A stretch of DNA of 64,000 nucleotides from contig BDGG01000001.1 in assembly GCA_001949185.1 (NCBI GenBank), positions 5,571,527 through 5,635,526 of the forward strand, written 5' to 3'. Below, piece by piece: positions 36,101 through 48,457 of this stretch; within the stretch, counting starts at the first letter, position 1; every line of letters starts with the position of its first letter. The stretch is from Ramazzottius varieornatus (taxonomy: Eukaryota; Animalia; Tardigrada). Under the pieces are notes generated by a model. The model searched no databases. It was not told the DNA's origin and worked only from the letters and a program-made list of their open reading frames with translations. The position numbers and the translations under genes are program-made.

Positions 36101-37731
36101 CCATAACTTTCTGTTCCCACGATAAATTCAGTTTCGACAGTCGTAGCTCTTCGTTCCTTCCATGATGTTGGTTCATCATTAGAGCGGACACTTAATCCAG
36201 CATTGTTACGCACATGAGAGAACGCACGAAAACCGCTCATTGAGTCTGACTCCCCATTTGGCAGTATATCAGCTAAGGGTATCAAGTGTGTGGTTGACAG
36301 ATTCGGTTTCACTAGTTGGAATATTACACCATGATCGTAGGTGTACTGCACTTCTCTTACAGCCATCCTTTTAATGACTATCAAACGCGTTTCTTAGTTT
36401 TTGAGAAAGATTTGGCCCCTGGCCTTGAGTTTACTGCTAAAGTACTGCCAGATCTCGGCTAATTATCGGTCAGACGTTGGCGAGTGCATTATCGAAATAC
36501 TTCTGTTGTGCGAAAGCAATCTGTTCAACCACCCAGCAGGCGTCATCCGGTAGGCTGCCTGCATCTTGCACGTGTACGGTATGAGGTTGTTGCAAATTTT
36601 AGCAGTAAACTACGGAACGCCGACCGCACTCGCTGTCAGTAATCTACCAGTGTTCGACCAGTGTCTGACCAGTGTCTAGCGAATCTTGCTGACATATTTC
36701 AACGGAGCTTTCGAAAGATGACCACAGTACGACAAGTTCCTGATGACTGTGTTTCTGCTTAACTATCTGGATGGACTTCCCATGGACTGAAACACAACCT
36801 TTACAGATCCACCACAGGTTCTCCCTAAATTCCGATTTTTATATGGGCAAATTATCGCGCACTCAACCACGTGAACAGTAAATGATGCCCGGGTGAGGGT
36901 CAGCGAGGCTACACTGATAACATCTGATCACGCTGGGCAGTGATGACTCATCACGTGGTTCAGTGCGCGAGAATTTGGTAGCACCACAGTAGTTTCAGGC
37001 TACATTTCAGTACCGGGATGGCCTTGGTCCAACCTTTGAGAGCTGAGGCACAAGCAGGAGGCATCCTTAAATGAGTTATTGTCTCTCCGTGGTTTCTTTG
37101 TGGATATCAGGTGAATTACAAGAGAAAGATATCCTTCAGAATTCGTTAAGGTCGGTGGAGAGAATCCCGCAAAGATCAGTACCAGGCACAATAAATCGCG
37201 GAAGGGGAAAAGAAAAAAAGGAAAGCCATCGCTGGTCCAGATGGGGTGATGAAAATTTTCGAAAGCAAAGCGTTTTCGTTTAGGAGCGGGTAAAGTTGTA
37301 GACGTTCCGCTTTCGAGTATTACTGTACATCATCGATAACCTTGAGTATACGTTAAAAAATGTTCGGTCGGTCACATAAATGGTCAACTGGGCTCGGCTT
37401 CTCGTCCCTTTCGCGAGAAGCGTGCTCGCCAGTATCGATCGAGATTCCTGAACGACTTCCCCTCTAAGGTTTTTCTGTCATGATCTTCACCTTGTTCCCC
37501 CTCGGATCGGACAGGAATGAAGTTACGTGTTCGAAGATGCTTTCGAATTGTTTCCGAACGCTGGTGGCAGAAGGTCAGTGAGAAACCGTCAGTGGAAAAG
37601 AGCCTCGCTCCTCGTACTGTGTGTGCGAGCATTAAAAGTGTCACCGTTTTGACGAAACATGAAGCATCACGACACCTGCGAAAGTTCTCGCTTCGCTCGA
37701 CCTGAAGAATTTTTCTCCTGTTACCAGTAGC

Positions 37732-38119
37732 TAGAGCACTGGGCCGCAGGTCCAAACGTACGCTGCAACTGTGCTGCACAACTTTCATGCCCTATGGCTA
37801 GGCAGCTGCGCCGCCGCATTAACCTGTTGCAACTGTGCTGTACGCTGATACGCTGACGTATCTTACAGCTTTTTCAGCAAGATCGGTAGTCAACCTGGAA
37901 AACGTGGCCCTGCAGTATAGCAAAAGTCTGAAGTTCGAATACCCAAAAGATCCAATTTTTTGTTGGGTTTCGGTACGTGGATCTGCGCGGCAGTCTTCGG
38001 CTCCCTACTGCAAGCTGTGCTGTGCTGTACGAAGATCGCCATTTTGCGCACTGCGGTTGTGCTGCAGCACAGCACAGCGGCAGCGCAGTGCAGTGCATGC
38101 GGCCAGATGCCGTGCTTCA
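37732..38119. mobile_element. hAT-type MITE, third copy of the 5047-5482 family
   Basis: TAGAGCACTGGGCCGCAGGTCC start and internal GCTGTGCTG repeats match the reverse complement of 5047-5482. No clear TSD. Confidence 0.75.
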
Positions 38120-39191
38120 GCTTTCACGTACGTCTAATGCGCGTTCTTTCGCACGCATGGCGTAACTAAACGTGTCCCTTCTGGGCCACTGTGTGCTGTG
38201 CGACTTCAATGCGAAAATGGGCGATTGGGCCAGCGGTAAGGTTTAAAGCTGTACGAAAACATAGTCCCACAGTCTTTCACCATCTTTTTTGAAATGGAGG
38301 CGGAGCGCACAGTGCGCACTGAAAGAAAGCATGCGCACACTATAGAAGTAACGTGCGTGACGTCAAATGTGTTCGCAACTCAGAGCGAGACTGTGCAGGC
38401 GGTATGGTGCGCTAGGTTATCTTATAGCTATAGTAATGTTTACTTGCTGCGCATACACGCCCACACTCGGAAGGCTCACCAATCAGCCTGATATACCTCC
38501 TGCATGATCAATCTGTTGGGTAAACAAGCCGAGCAGGTTGCATTCAAGTAAGGCAGTAGACTTGACATCCTGATGAGTGAGCGTCGCACAAACTCGTACT
38601 TAGTAGGACCAAATCTGACTTTTGCTGCACAAGTTGTGCACAGCAAATTTAAAGTAAAGAGAGAACCATACGAAACAGTCTATTACCGGTACTGTATTCT
38701 CTCCGGTAATCTCCGTACGTCACAGCCGATATTTATGTTAGGGAGTTTGCGAAGCAAGCTGTCAACTTTTCATTTACGTCACCTCACTAGGTCAATCTGA
38801 CGAAAAATTGTGAACACTGATTTACTCGTCCGAATCGAAGTTTCTAAGTCCGGTTCCTCAATCTACTCATCCTTCACAGTAATCTTACAAGCAGGTTAGA
38901 AAATCAGAGTGTGACCTGAACAAAAAAGTTTTGCTAGAAAAAATGCAACAAATAGCACAATGCGAATCTTACTTACGATTGATTGCATATGCTTGATTGA
39001 GTGTGAGGACGACACGGTTTTACCGCTGTGGCGTACACCGCAATCTCACTGTTACATCGTTTGTTGAAACCGTTCGAGTGACGTACGGAGATTACCGGAA
39101 AGAATACAGTAGAGTACAAATCCAAGAGATTAGATAAAAACACAGACACGAAATTCTGCATCAGGCTCAAAGCAGTCGCACTGACGTTGTG

Positions 39192-39410
39192 AGGAGGAAC
39201 ACTCGTCCATACGCCCCGACACCCGGGGCACCGCCCTCGAGAGATGGTCCTATGAGGGGGTTCCCCTGCTCGAAGAAGTTGTTCGAGGGTAGGCGCCCTA
39301 CTGACCCCAATAAAATGGCGCACTACGTCACCGGAAGTGCATGACGTTGTCGAATCGATCCGATGGCGCACTCGTGACTTTCTTTGATTTACTTTGCGGG
39401 TCTTCAAGAC
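39192..39410 (+). repeat. Left TIR of the Polinton
   Basis: Reverse complement of about 50930-51156 with scattered mismatches. Confidence 0.9.
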
Positions 39411-40939
39411 CTCTTTTGTCCTTTTGTTGATTCATGTTTCTGGATCTTGGGATTTCTTTTTTCTTTTTCTTTATTGTATTATTACAAGTAAAAGGTCTGA
39501 GAAAGAAAGGTTCTGCTAGGCCTCAGAAATTCCTTCGTCAATGTCTAGATCCAAAGGCAAGTCGTTTTCGTTATTTTCGTACTCGGTTAGACAGAAGTAG
39601 TCCTCAAGAGGAATCGGCACCGTCTTCCCCGTCCTTGGTCACCCTCGGCAGCAGACAACGATCTTTCAGGTCCTGGTACACCATTTTGGCGCATGAGTTG
39701 ATGGCGCACTTTTCGCAGCACGAAACCTATCCTTTGTAGTCTTGTCCAGAAGCAAAGCAGTGCGCAGTGAATTTCCCATACTGTAGGGTAATGATGTAGT
39801 CCCGAACATGACATCCTGCGTCCTGAAAAAGAATCCGGACAACGTCGGCATAAGTGGGATACACCATTTTGACAAGCAAAAGACTGAAGAATGAATAGCA
39901 CAGCACACTGTGTGATTTTATAGCAAACTCAAGCCACCCAAGAATAGTCTGTGACGTTGGAGAAAATGACGCTTAGTACCCAAACAAATCAAAAGTGCTC
40001 GGGCGTAAACGAAGTACTGTCGTCTTGGATGCCTTCCAGCCGCGGATATAGGAGCAATCAGTGCACGGGATGATGGTTCTAGCACCAGGCTGGACGGCTT
40101 TGGGGATCATGCCTGATTTCATGGATTGGTAGACCTTCAAGGCGCAAGAGTTGCGAGTACAGACGTCACAACAGGAAGAGTTGCTTCCTCGGAATGGCGT
40201 AGGAGACCAGGGAGTTTCTACCACAGCAATGAAACTGCGGGAATTGGGATGAAGATAAAAGTTTTCCAGATGGATGCCATGATGGAGCGCGATACAGTCC
40301 ACAGCTTCAGCAAAGGAATAAGCTGTCATTCTAATCGTCCGTGGGCTCCACAGGGATGAAACCGTTAGGAATGCAGTACTCCTGCCGCGTGTTTCCGTAC
40401 AGTGCGACCTTCTCCAGACAGAAATGATCCGAGCAGGGGATAGGCAGTTCGATTCCAGAACGCGTACTCTTTTCCACCTGTTGGCACTCTTTCAGGTAGA
40501 TCTAGACCTTCCTGGAACAAGAATTAACAGCACAAAGACCACAGCAGGAGACTTCACCCTTAAAGGATGTCTTCCACAGACGAAGTGGAAGCTTGACAGT
40601 GGCCAAGAATTTGCCGTCGTTAATCGAGATTATGTTGTATTGGGGAGTAATTCCACGATCCGCCAGGATAGTTCTGACAATCCTTTCAAAAGTGTAAGCA
40701 GACATACTGGCAAGAATGGGACTGGTTATACGTTGAGCAGGTTTGTTAAGTATAACTTTTCAGCACCCAAGCAGAGTGAATGAGATACATACAACACTCA
40801 TGATAAGGATCAAGAGAGCAGGGGAGGCGTTATCTTGTTCAGACGCGTTTGTACATGTCTAATCTTGTTAGCAGTGCCGACTGTTGAATAAAAGGCACCC
40901 AGGAGCTGATTTCTGCAGTTGTAACTTTTAGTTTACAAA

Positions 40940-42257
40940 ATGGCGCCTTTTGATGTAGGTGGTGTTCTCGTTTTCGGCGTTTCGGATCCCGTGTGGCAAA
41001 CGATGGCTCAGAACCATGAATGGGAGTCCCTGGGGATTGTTCGTCAGGATGATTCCATCTCGATGGACACAGTCCTGGGATTTGCTCTGTCGGATTCGGG
41101 TGTAGGCCTGACTGACCTCATGCGAGAGCGTCATGGGCACAAGGGAAAATCCAGAGCGGCTCTAGTTGCTCATTTGGACGAGTTCAATCAACTGGATCCG
41201 TCCGTTCCATCGCAGACACCGAAAGCTAGCGCAAAAGATGAGGATCTCCCTGAATCCCTGCGGGGAAGCACTCACCAGAACACTTCGGTGGCTCGTCTCT
41301 TCCAGGATTTCGACATTGGGGAACCAGAGGCACTGGCAGATCTGACTGTTTTACTGGAGAAGCACAATAAGTTCCAGTTTGGTTCTTCAGTCTGGAGTGT
41401 CAAGGCAGACCATCAAGGATGTCCAGTGTGGCTGCGAGGAGTCAAGAACCGAACGGAGATGCATCTTCGTACACAGGAGGTTATGCATCTTTTACAGTAT
41501 CTAGTGTCTAGCCGGTGTTTCTCGCAGATGGAGTTAGCAACTATAGAGCCGGCAGGAGAGAGATGTATTACCCATGTATTACCTGGATGACGACATCTAC
41601 TTCACCTAGAGCCGATGGAATAAGCAAGATGTGGCTACCGTTTGTCGTTTTAAGCAGCGGAAGAATCTGGACCTTTATCCAACGAAGGAAGGCTTCAGCT
41701 TTACGGAAAAGTTTTACTACGCACTGTTGGACATTTTCCAGACCAAAGAACCACTTCGACAACTAGCCCGTCTGTCACCTGATGGTTCAACCGGGTTCCC
41801 TTTGAACCCATCAGCCACAACTTTTGATTCTCCAACGGTCCTTGACGCTATTGCCCGTGCTCTGTATCATCTCGTCTATGTTCGACGTTGTTCCACATGC
41901 CAACCCTGCACTGACTCTGCGCGAGGCAACGGTCTGCAGTACATACAGATGCGCAGTGTCCCTGGCCATACCTGTGTCAGCAAGTCGGTTGGCATCACCA
42001 CCAGAGACGGACCCATCACCGAGGGAGAATGGAGCATGGTGGTGGATTCACTTAAGGCGGAACACATGCTGGAAGCGTACCTCTTGATGATTGGACAAGG
42101 ACGAATCTCCGAATTGGCCACACTGAAAGTGGATGAGTATCTGAATCCACGACGAGATCGTCTTCATAATGCCATCGACACCTATATCAAGGATACAGTA
42201 CGCTTTGAGATCAATATCTCTGCGTATCGTAACGATGATTCTAGTCCTGTAGTCTAA
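40940..42257 (+). pseudogene. Polinton accessory gene with PC4/SUB1-like ssDNA-binding domain and Cys/His cluster
   Basis: YLDDDIYFT*SRWNKQDVATVCRFKQRKNLDLYPTKEGFSFTEKFYYALL resembles the PC4 PxKKGISL signature, followed by CSTCQPC...HTC. One frameshift and one stop join the two ORFs. Confidence 0.5.
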
Positions 42258-42489
42258 GTAGAGTAGCAGTAATTGAAAACTAAATAATTCTGCGATTTTG
42301 CTTTTATTTTTATCGCATTTTTATCTGTCTTACAAATTTCTCAAAAACTCATCACTAAGAATTTCTGTGTTTAAATGCAAAAAATGGTTAACGTATTGGC
42401 ATACCATGATACCATTGGCTTTTGTATAGTCAGTAAGCAAATGAACAATGTGTGAATATGACTCATGACCAACTCTTCGCTCTTCGCAG

Positions 42490-43357
42490 AAAATCCTCAC
42501 TGGGTACGAAGCCAATGAAAACAACTTTGGGCAAAGCGCCGATATGCAGGTTGGAAATAATGGTGGTTTGCACACCTCGTACAATATCGATCGTTCGCAT
42601 AATAGTACGTTCAACGGTGTATTTTATGGTTTGCTTCGGTAATTCTTCGGTAACTTTGATTGAATAATCGGGAGCAGGGATGAAACGCCGAATAGCAATC
42701 TTGGGATTCCGAATAACAACTTTGAACTCTTTATCTGGTGTTTGATCCCACACCTGGAGATAATACTCTTTACGGCTCTGAGCCACCAGCCGGATGCCCA
42801 AGGGAACACCGGTTATAAGCGGTTTATCTTATTCGAAAAGATCGCACGCCAGTTTGCCCGAAAGTTGTACGAAATCGCCGTTGGAAAAGAGAGCACGTCG
42901 CCACTTGGCACTCTCGTTGTGATCCTGCGAGTTGTGCCGACCAGGTATATCCACTCGAAAGCCCGCGTGGCCCAGAATGCTTTGCGCATTAGCGCGAGAG
43001 TGGAAGAGCAAAGCTGCCATGTATGCACGATAACCCATAATTGCAGTTTGCGTCGGAAACTAGTTTGTTCCCTACGGTCAGCTCCACTGATTGGAACAGT
43101 GAATGAAGAATATTATTGACAGGTGCTACGAGATCACTCTCGCCAATGAAAGCCCACAATCCATCCTTCGTTTTTACTTTGATGGCGAGCTCCAGTTCCA
43201 GAGTAACGTTAGCCAAATCAAGTAGACCGTTACTGCTTGCGGGAAGAAAAAAATTAATGTCTCCGGTAGTTCCGTCATCCGTCAGGATAGTTGTTGGGTT
43301 TATCCTTTCAGTCTCTGTTCTCCATCGATCGGTATTCGTTACGGGCACACTAAACAG
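42490..43357 (-). pseudogene. Polinton major capsid protein (double jelly-roll), truncated
   Basis: LFSVPVT, INFFLP, LDLANVTL, VAPVNNILHSLFQSVELTV, NYGYRAY, LACDLFE, GALPKVVFIGFV. Confidence 0.88.
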
Positions 43358-43554
43358 CTGCGGCGCTGCTGCGCGAAGAGCCAGTTGAGCCATCGCAGCT
43401 ACCCCAGCAAAAAGAGCTTTGAGTACTTGCGGGAATCCTGATCCGTTTTGGTACGCCGAACCGCGGTACCGGACCATTGGGTTGCCTCCGCCCTGCGCGT
43501 GACCAAAAATTTGATCATACCGCTTGGATCCGGTTCGTATCGAGTGAGCTGCAT
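43358..43554 (-). pseudogene. Amphipathic virion protein (cupiennin/pVI-like), fused by deletion to MCP
   Basis: QGGG...YRGSAYQNGSGFPQVLKALFAGV matches the Polinton pattern QxGxG...GxxYQxGxG. Confidence 0.65.
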
Positions 43555-43559
43555 AGCGT

Positions 43560-44483
43560 TCAGAGGGGACGAAAACGGCGAAAGTGAAGTTTGACTACAG
43601 TTTGACTACGTTGAACTTGACCGTTTCTCCCAGATCGTTAGCCAAAGTGATGTGTATCGTTTCAAAGTTTGTAAGTGGTACAGGGACGCAATGGCCAATG
43701 TCGAATCATTCAGTTACCACGTCCATAGGACCGCCCTTAATAGGCACACTTCTCAAAAACTGCGCTTCGACATCGCCTACGGCGGAGTAATCTGCTACGT
43801 CGCAGTACACGTACAAGTGATTGATTCCCGGCCTTCAGGTTCAGGACCCTTGTACCTGTTCGAGTTCGGGCTCCATTTTCCTTGTGAAAAGTTTGGTCGA
43901 ATGCAAATTCAACTCCCAGTTCGCTATACTCCCATTCGTGCGGTGACCAATTAAAATCTTTAATTCCCATTTCCGATGCCGACGGTTTGAAGAAGGCGTC
44001 GCCGTCGGGTAACCCCAAAATACCACACAGCTGTTGCGCATCTTCGCCAAACTAGAAACTCACGCACCAATCGAAAAACGTAACGTTCACTCAATGATCA
44101 TTGGGCCCCACGAAAGCAATAGTAAAAGGCGTTATATCTTCACCGTATTCGGGCATCTGCGAACGAATGCAGTTTAATAGGTCCTCGCCGGTTTTGTAGT
44201 ACCCTGGAGGGACAAAAATGTCCTTGGTTTTAAATTTTATATCGTTTTGCAGTGCACCAACACATCTCCACTTGGTGAACAAAATTACTTTGAATTTTTG
44301 TTCTGTTTGTAGTGTGAACATGCTCTGCATATATTGCAGCTCAGACAGACACAATTCCCATTGTCCTTTTAGGTTGACTGAGTGAAGTAGCTTGGTGTAC
44401 CAATCGGCGGCACTGTTGGTTGAGAATTTGTCCATATAGGCATCACTGGGTAGCGTTAGGTAGAGCTCTCGGAACTCGGGCAT
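43560..44483 (-). pseudogene. Polinton minor capsid protein (penton)
   Basis: LYLTLPSDAYMDKFSTNSAADWYTKL...GQWELCLSELQY at the N-terminus and PVPLTNFETIHITLANDLGETVKF near the C-terminus. Confidence 0.82.
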
Positions 44484-45316
44484 CGTTTTCAGGTAACCAG
44501 GAATCGGACGGTTCGTTGTATCCCAACCACCGAACTTTAATCATTCGTCGACCGCGAATAATTTTACGTTTCGACACTCGCTCAGTTTTACATGTCCAAT
44601 CGAGTTGATTGCGAACAAGGGACATTTCACCTTTGATAGACCTGTTGGTTTTGTGCTCTTTCAATCTGTAGATGGGAACACGCTGAGGTACCACGTGATT
44701 GACGACGTAAAGCTCTGGCTGGAAGCGGTCCTCATATCCTCTTTTAAACTGGAGCTTATTCTCGAATATTCGAACAATGTCGCCCACTGTGTATCGATGT
44801 GTCTTCTTGGGCTTTTCTTCCCGCTCAATTAAACTGGCACAGCGTGTTAAACGTTTTCAGTGAAGTCTTCTCATTCTCATTGTTCTTTTCCAGGGTCTTG
44901 TTGATAAATTCTCTCCCCTTATCGAACTGGATTCTCTCTGGGACTCCCAGGTCTTTGATTACTTGATTGATGGCGTCTTTAACAGGAGGGGTGTTTTTGT
45001 TGGGGAGTGGTTGTACGCTGGCTTTGCGGCTGAAGCAGTCGTTGGCCACCAGGAGATACTTTGTTCCGTCGTTCTGTTCGTGAAACTTTCTCATGTCGGC
45101 TAGATCCATTTGGTACTGCTCCGTCATGTCGTAGACAATTATCCGATTTCTCGGGAAGCACCGCCTTGTTTCTTTTCCAGTAGTATGAGGATCGGTATTT
45201 TGTAACGCGCGTAATACGTCGTCCTTGTTCGCATCGGTGGCTCAGCGTAGTCTCTCCACACCCCCGAAGCTGCCCGGGTTTTGTGAATCGGTATACGCTT
45301 CGATCAGTTGATCCAT
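44443..45316 (-). pseudogene. Polinton retroviral-like integrase with C-terminal chromodomain; internally deleted
   Basis: NPGSFGGVERL, YQMDLADM, KYLLVANDCFSR, IQFDKGREF, GDIVRI...FKRGY, VRWLGYNEPSDSWL. Confidence 0.9.
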
Positions 45317-45451
45317 CGGTGCAGCAAGAACTGACGAAGGTTACACGAAATTCGCGACAAAGTCGCAGCACAGTGGGTAGAAATGCAGAATTTATGATGT
45401 TACTGTAGGACTATCCACCGTTCCTCAAATCCACCGGCACCCTTTTACTTT

Positions 45452-46235
45452 TTAGTGACACTGGTGGATAGACGTGGAGGAGCGCGCTTGGAACCACGAG
45501 TAGAATGTCGTTTTTTTGTCACCCTTTTTATCAGTTTTGTCAGGCATTTGACGTTTAGCACTGCGGGAAGGTAGGGCTGAAACTTTTAGTGGCGCCACTG
45601 GTTCGGCTTGCGATTTAGTGTTTGACTCGGCGGTGTCCGTTAGATCAGATACCTGGACCGACCGACGTCTGCGGTCCGGTTTCGGTACAATCAGTTCCGC
45701 TTGCGATTTACTGTTCGGTTCTGCTGTGTCCATCAGATCGGATTTTTGAACGGGTTGACGCTTCCGGCTCTTTCTCGATAGAATCGGCTCGACTTGCGAG
45801 ACGGGGGGCGTCTCCGTGGTATCCATCAGATCGGCTTGAAGAAACGGGTCGTCGTTTTCGAGCTGGCTTTGACTCGAGTGGTTCGGGTTCGATAAGGTCA
45901 GGAGGTTCGGTCATATCCATCGAGTCAGCTTTTTGCACTGGACCCCTCTTTACTGGCACACCAGGCACGTCTATGTCGTGACCATGTCGTGCTTTTTTGT
46001 TCAACAGCCTTCTTTGTTTAACTCTCTTACCCAGTAACGTCGCGAAATTCGCAACCTTCCTGGTAGGTCGCATAGGGGCTTTGGCTGCTTCCTCTGGCCT
46101 TTCAATCGTTTTCACAATATTCCCCAGTAGATATCGTAGTGAAAGGCCGTCAGAAGATTCAGCTGGGTGACTCGCCGCCTTATCAGCAACCTGTTTTTCC
46201 ATAATATGTTTGGGAACAATGCAGTATGCATCCAT
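45452..46235 (-). pseudogene. Basic/acidic repeat protein of the Polinton (putative core protein); frameshifted
   Basis: About four ~30-aa units (KRxPVQKxDxMDxxE...) across ORFs 45708-46235 and 45452-45826. Confidence 0.5.
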
Positions 46236-46563
46236 TTGCGTGGGAAGTAATCACCAAGCCTATAACGGAAGCTAAAATGGGTAAGATTGCTCCGATGAAT
46301 CCACCTTGTTGTAGGATTTTCCTTTTTTCTTTCAGTGGATAACGCTTTAATACTAACAGACGCAGAGGTTTCCCCCAACGACGGCAGACCTTGGCCTTAT
46401 CTTCTGATAGAAAAACAGTGTATTTAACTATGTTCAGAGCCACTTCTTCCATCGCTCTCATCTGATCTTTGGATGCCATGGACAGTAAAGTTTTCCTCTG
46501 GCTTGGTCGTAGTCCTGCCAGCGTGATGACGTACGGCGTTAGGCGGTCTACTTTCTCGGACAT
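46183..46563 (-). CDS. Adenovirus pX-like Polinton virion protein
   Basis: EVALNIVK...KRKILQQGGFIGAILPILASVI, i.e. a GG-F cleavage-like site followed by a hydrophobic stretch. Confidence 0.75.
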   Translation of the reverse strand: MSEKVDRLTPYVITLAGLRPSQRKTLLSMASKDQMRAMEEVALNIVKYTVFLSEDKAKVCRRWGKPLRLLVLKRYPLKEKRKILQQGGFIGAILPILASVIGLVITSHANGCILHCSQTYYGKTGC

Positions 46564-46614
46564 GGCGTGGAACTTGCGTTTGGTTACGCGAAACGTAAGT
46601 TTTCCTTAGCTGCC

Positions 46615-47243
46615 CTAAGCTCTGTTTCATTTGCTGATGCGTAGCACTTTTGCTACCCTGACCACGCAAGCGTTCGTCTTTCCCAGAATCTGAAACGGCT
46701 ATAATTTTTTGCTAGCTCGTGGGGAACGAATGGCCGTTAAAGAAAGTCGAGATCAGCTCTTGGTCATCCCGCTACCGGGGAATATCAGCCGATAAGATCT
46801 TTGATCCTCGTCATGTACGACCCCGTACACGTACGTACGACGGGAATCAGGCCCCAGTCATAACAGACTGTCAGCGCAGTCCACGTACCAATCAACANNN
46901 NNNNNNNNNNNNNNNNNNNNNNNNNNNNNNNNNNNNNNNNNNNNNNNCGCCCAAGTCTGATGTTGATTGGTACGTGGACTGCGCTGACAGTCTGTTATGA
47001 CTGGGGCCTGATTCCCGTCGTACGTACGTGTACGGGGTCGTACATGACGAGGATCAAAGATCTTATCGGCTGATATTCCCCGGTAGCGGGATGACCAAGA
47101 GCTGATCTCGACTTTCTTTAACGGCCATTCGTTCCCCACGAGCTAGCAAAAAATTATAGCCGTTTCAGATTCTGGGAAAGACGAACGCTTGCGTGGTCAG
47201 GGTAGCAAAAGTGCTACGCATCAGCAAATTAAACAGAGCTTAG
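46615..47243. repeat. Foldback insertion: about 283-bp inverted arms flanking an N gap
   Basis: 46615-46897 is the reverse complement of 46961-47243; one mismatch seen. Confidence 0.85.
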
Positions 47244-47840
47244 TTGAATGTGACTTCGCACCCTTAAATAGTCTGGTGTGTCAGGTTCCATATCAACCAC
47301 TAGTGGTGTGTGAAGTTTCTTGGTTACAGCAGCATAGGCTTCAGACAGGTGAGACAGCCCTGTTTGACGTTCCACGACTTTGATCTGGTTAACATCCCGG
47401 ACATTTTTGTACAGAATCAAATACTGGGCGTTGAGATGCACATCTCGCATGCTTTTTCCCTGTTTGTATAAATTCCGCATAGGCAACAGAATACAAACGT
47501 TTTTGTGATGGATGCCTTGAGTGAATAGTTTACTATAGCCAGTGTCGTCCGCTACGTTCTGTGCCAGATCGTCAATGACGAGAAGAGTAGGAACAGCTGC
47601 ATCAAAAAAGTCCTTATCTAACACTTCGGCTAATCCCGGAATGAACTCGACGTCATGGTTTTCCTGTATGTCGCGAAACTTGTCTTGCCACGCGCCGTAA
47701 CTATACACAGTGCGGGGTGGGGGTTGATCAATCATCTGGTCTTTATGACGAATGAGATCAAAGACAAACTGACTTGCCCGACATTGTCGGTCCGCAAATT
47801 ATGGCGCCGAACGGCACCCGTAAACGTGTATCGAATGCAA
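47229..47840 (-). pseudogene. Polinton A32/FtsK-like packaging ATPase
   Basis: Walker A ICGPTMSGKS in a shifted frame near 47770-47800, Walker B LLVIDDL, LFTQGIHHKN, LNAQYLILYKNVRD. Confidence 0.9.
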
Positions 47841-47914
47841 CGGAAGAATACATTTTTAGGTGCTCAAAAGAGTATTGAAGCATGAAGTCTCTGTACTGAT
47901 CCGTACGTCCTAGA

Positions 47915-48378
47915 ATGGCTCATCCAGTGATTTTTGACTATGACTGGTTCATCATCGACGGCAAGGCGCACTTGAAAAAACTAGCCTATACCGTTCCTAG
48001 TTTGAGAAAGTTTGGTTGTTTTTCGTTCACCTTACCGCCAGGGTCGCAGAATCATCGACACGTCCTTCGGTCTCAGGCTTTCCACTCTCATCATCTAGCA
48101 TGGTCAACACGGGGAGATTTCCATTATCATCAGGTGCCTCTGGCCATCTCGATTATTCTTAAGCGTTTATGTCGTCGCCCATCGGAGATGCGATTCCTTG
48201 CCAAAGCACGGAGAAATGTCAAATCATGGAGGAGTGGCTGCCGGAAGTGAGAAACCTGGAGGACTTGGGTTGTCCCAAATACGAGGAGTTGACGGAAGTA
48301 CCAAAGAGCACTCGCAACAAGGCTCTTATCTTTGCCCTGTGGCACGCATCACAAACGTCGTCGCAACGGCCTCGTTAG
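47915..48378 (+). pseudogene. Polinton accessory DEDD-like nuclease-fold protein
   Basis: VIFDYDWF...LKKLAY, HHLAWSTRGDFHY, K..EK, VRNLEDLGCP; one frameshift. Confidence 0.6.
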
Positions 48379-48457
48379 GATGCCAGCTCGACCTGAGGGA
48401 AATTGACCGAAAGCTTTCCATGACGCAGTTTATTCCAAAAGAATTTTCCGGCCTGCC
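48339..48457 (+). pseudogene. TATA-binding protein (TBP)-like N-terminal fragment
   Basis: ARITNVVATASLGCQLDLREIDRKLSMTQFIPKEFSGL versus the TBP first-repeat pattern NxVxTxxLGCxLDLxxIA......YxPxxFxxx. Confidence 0.72.
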
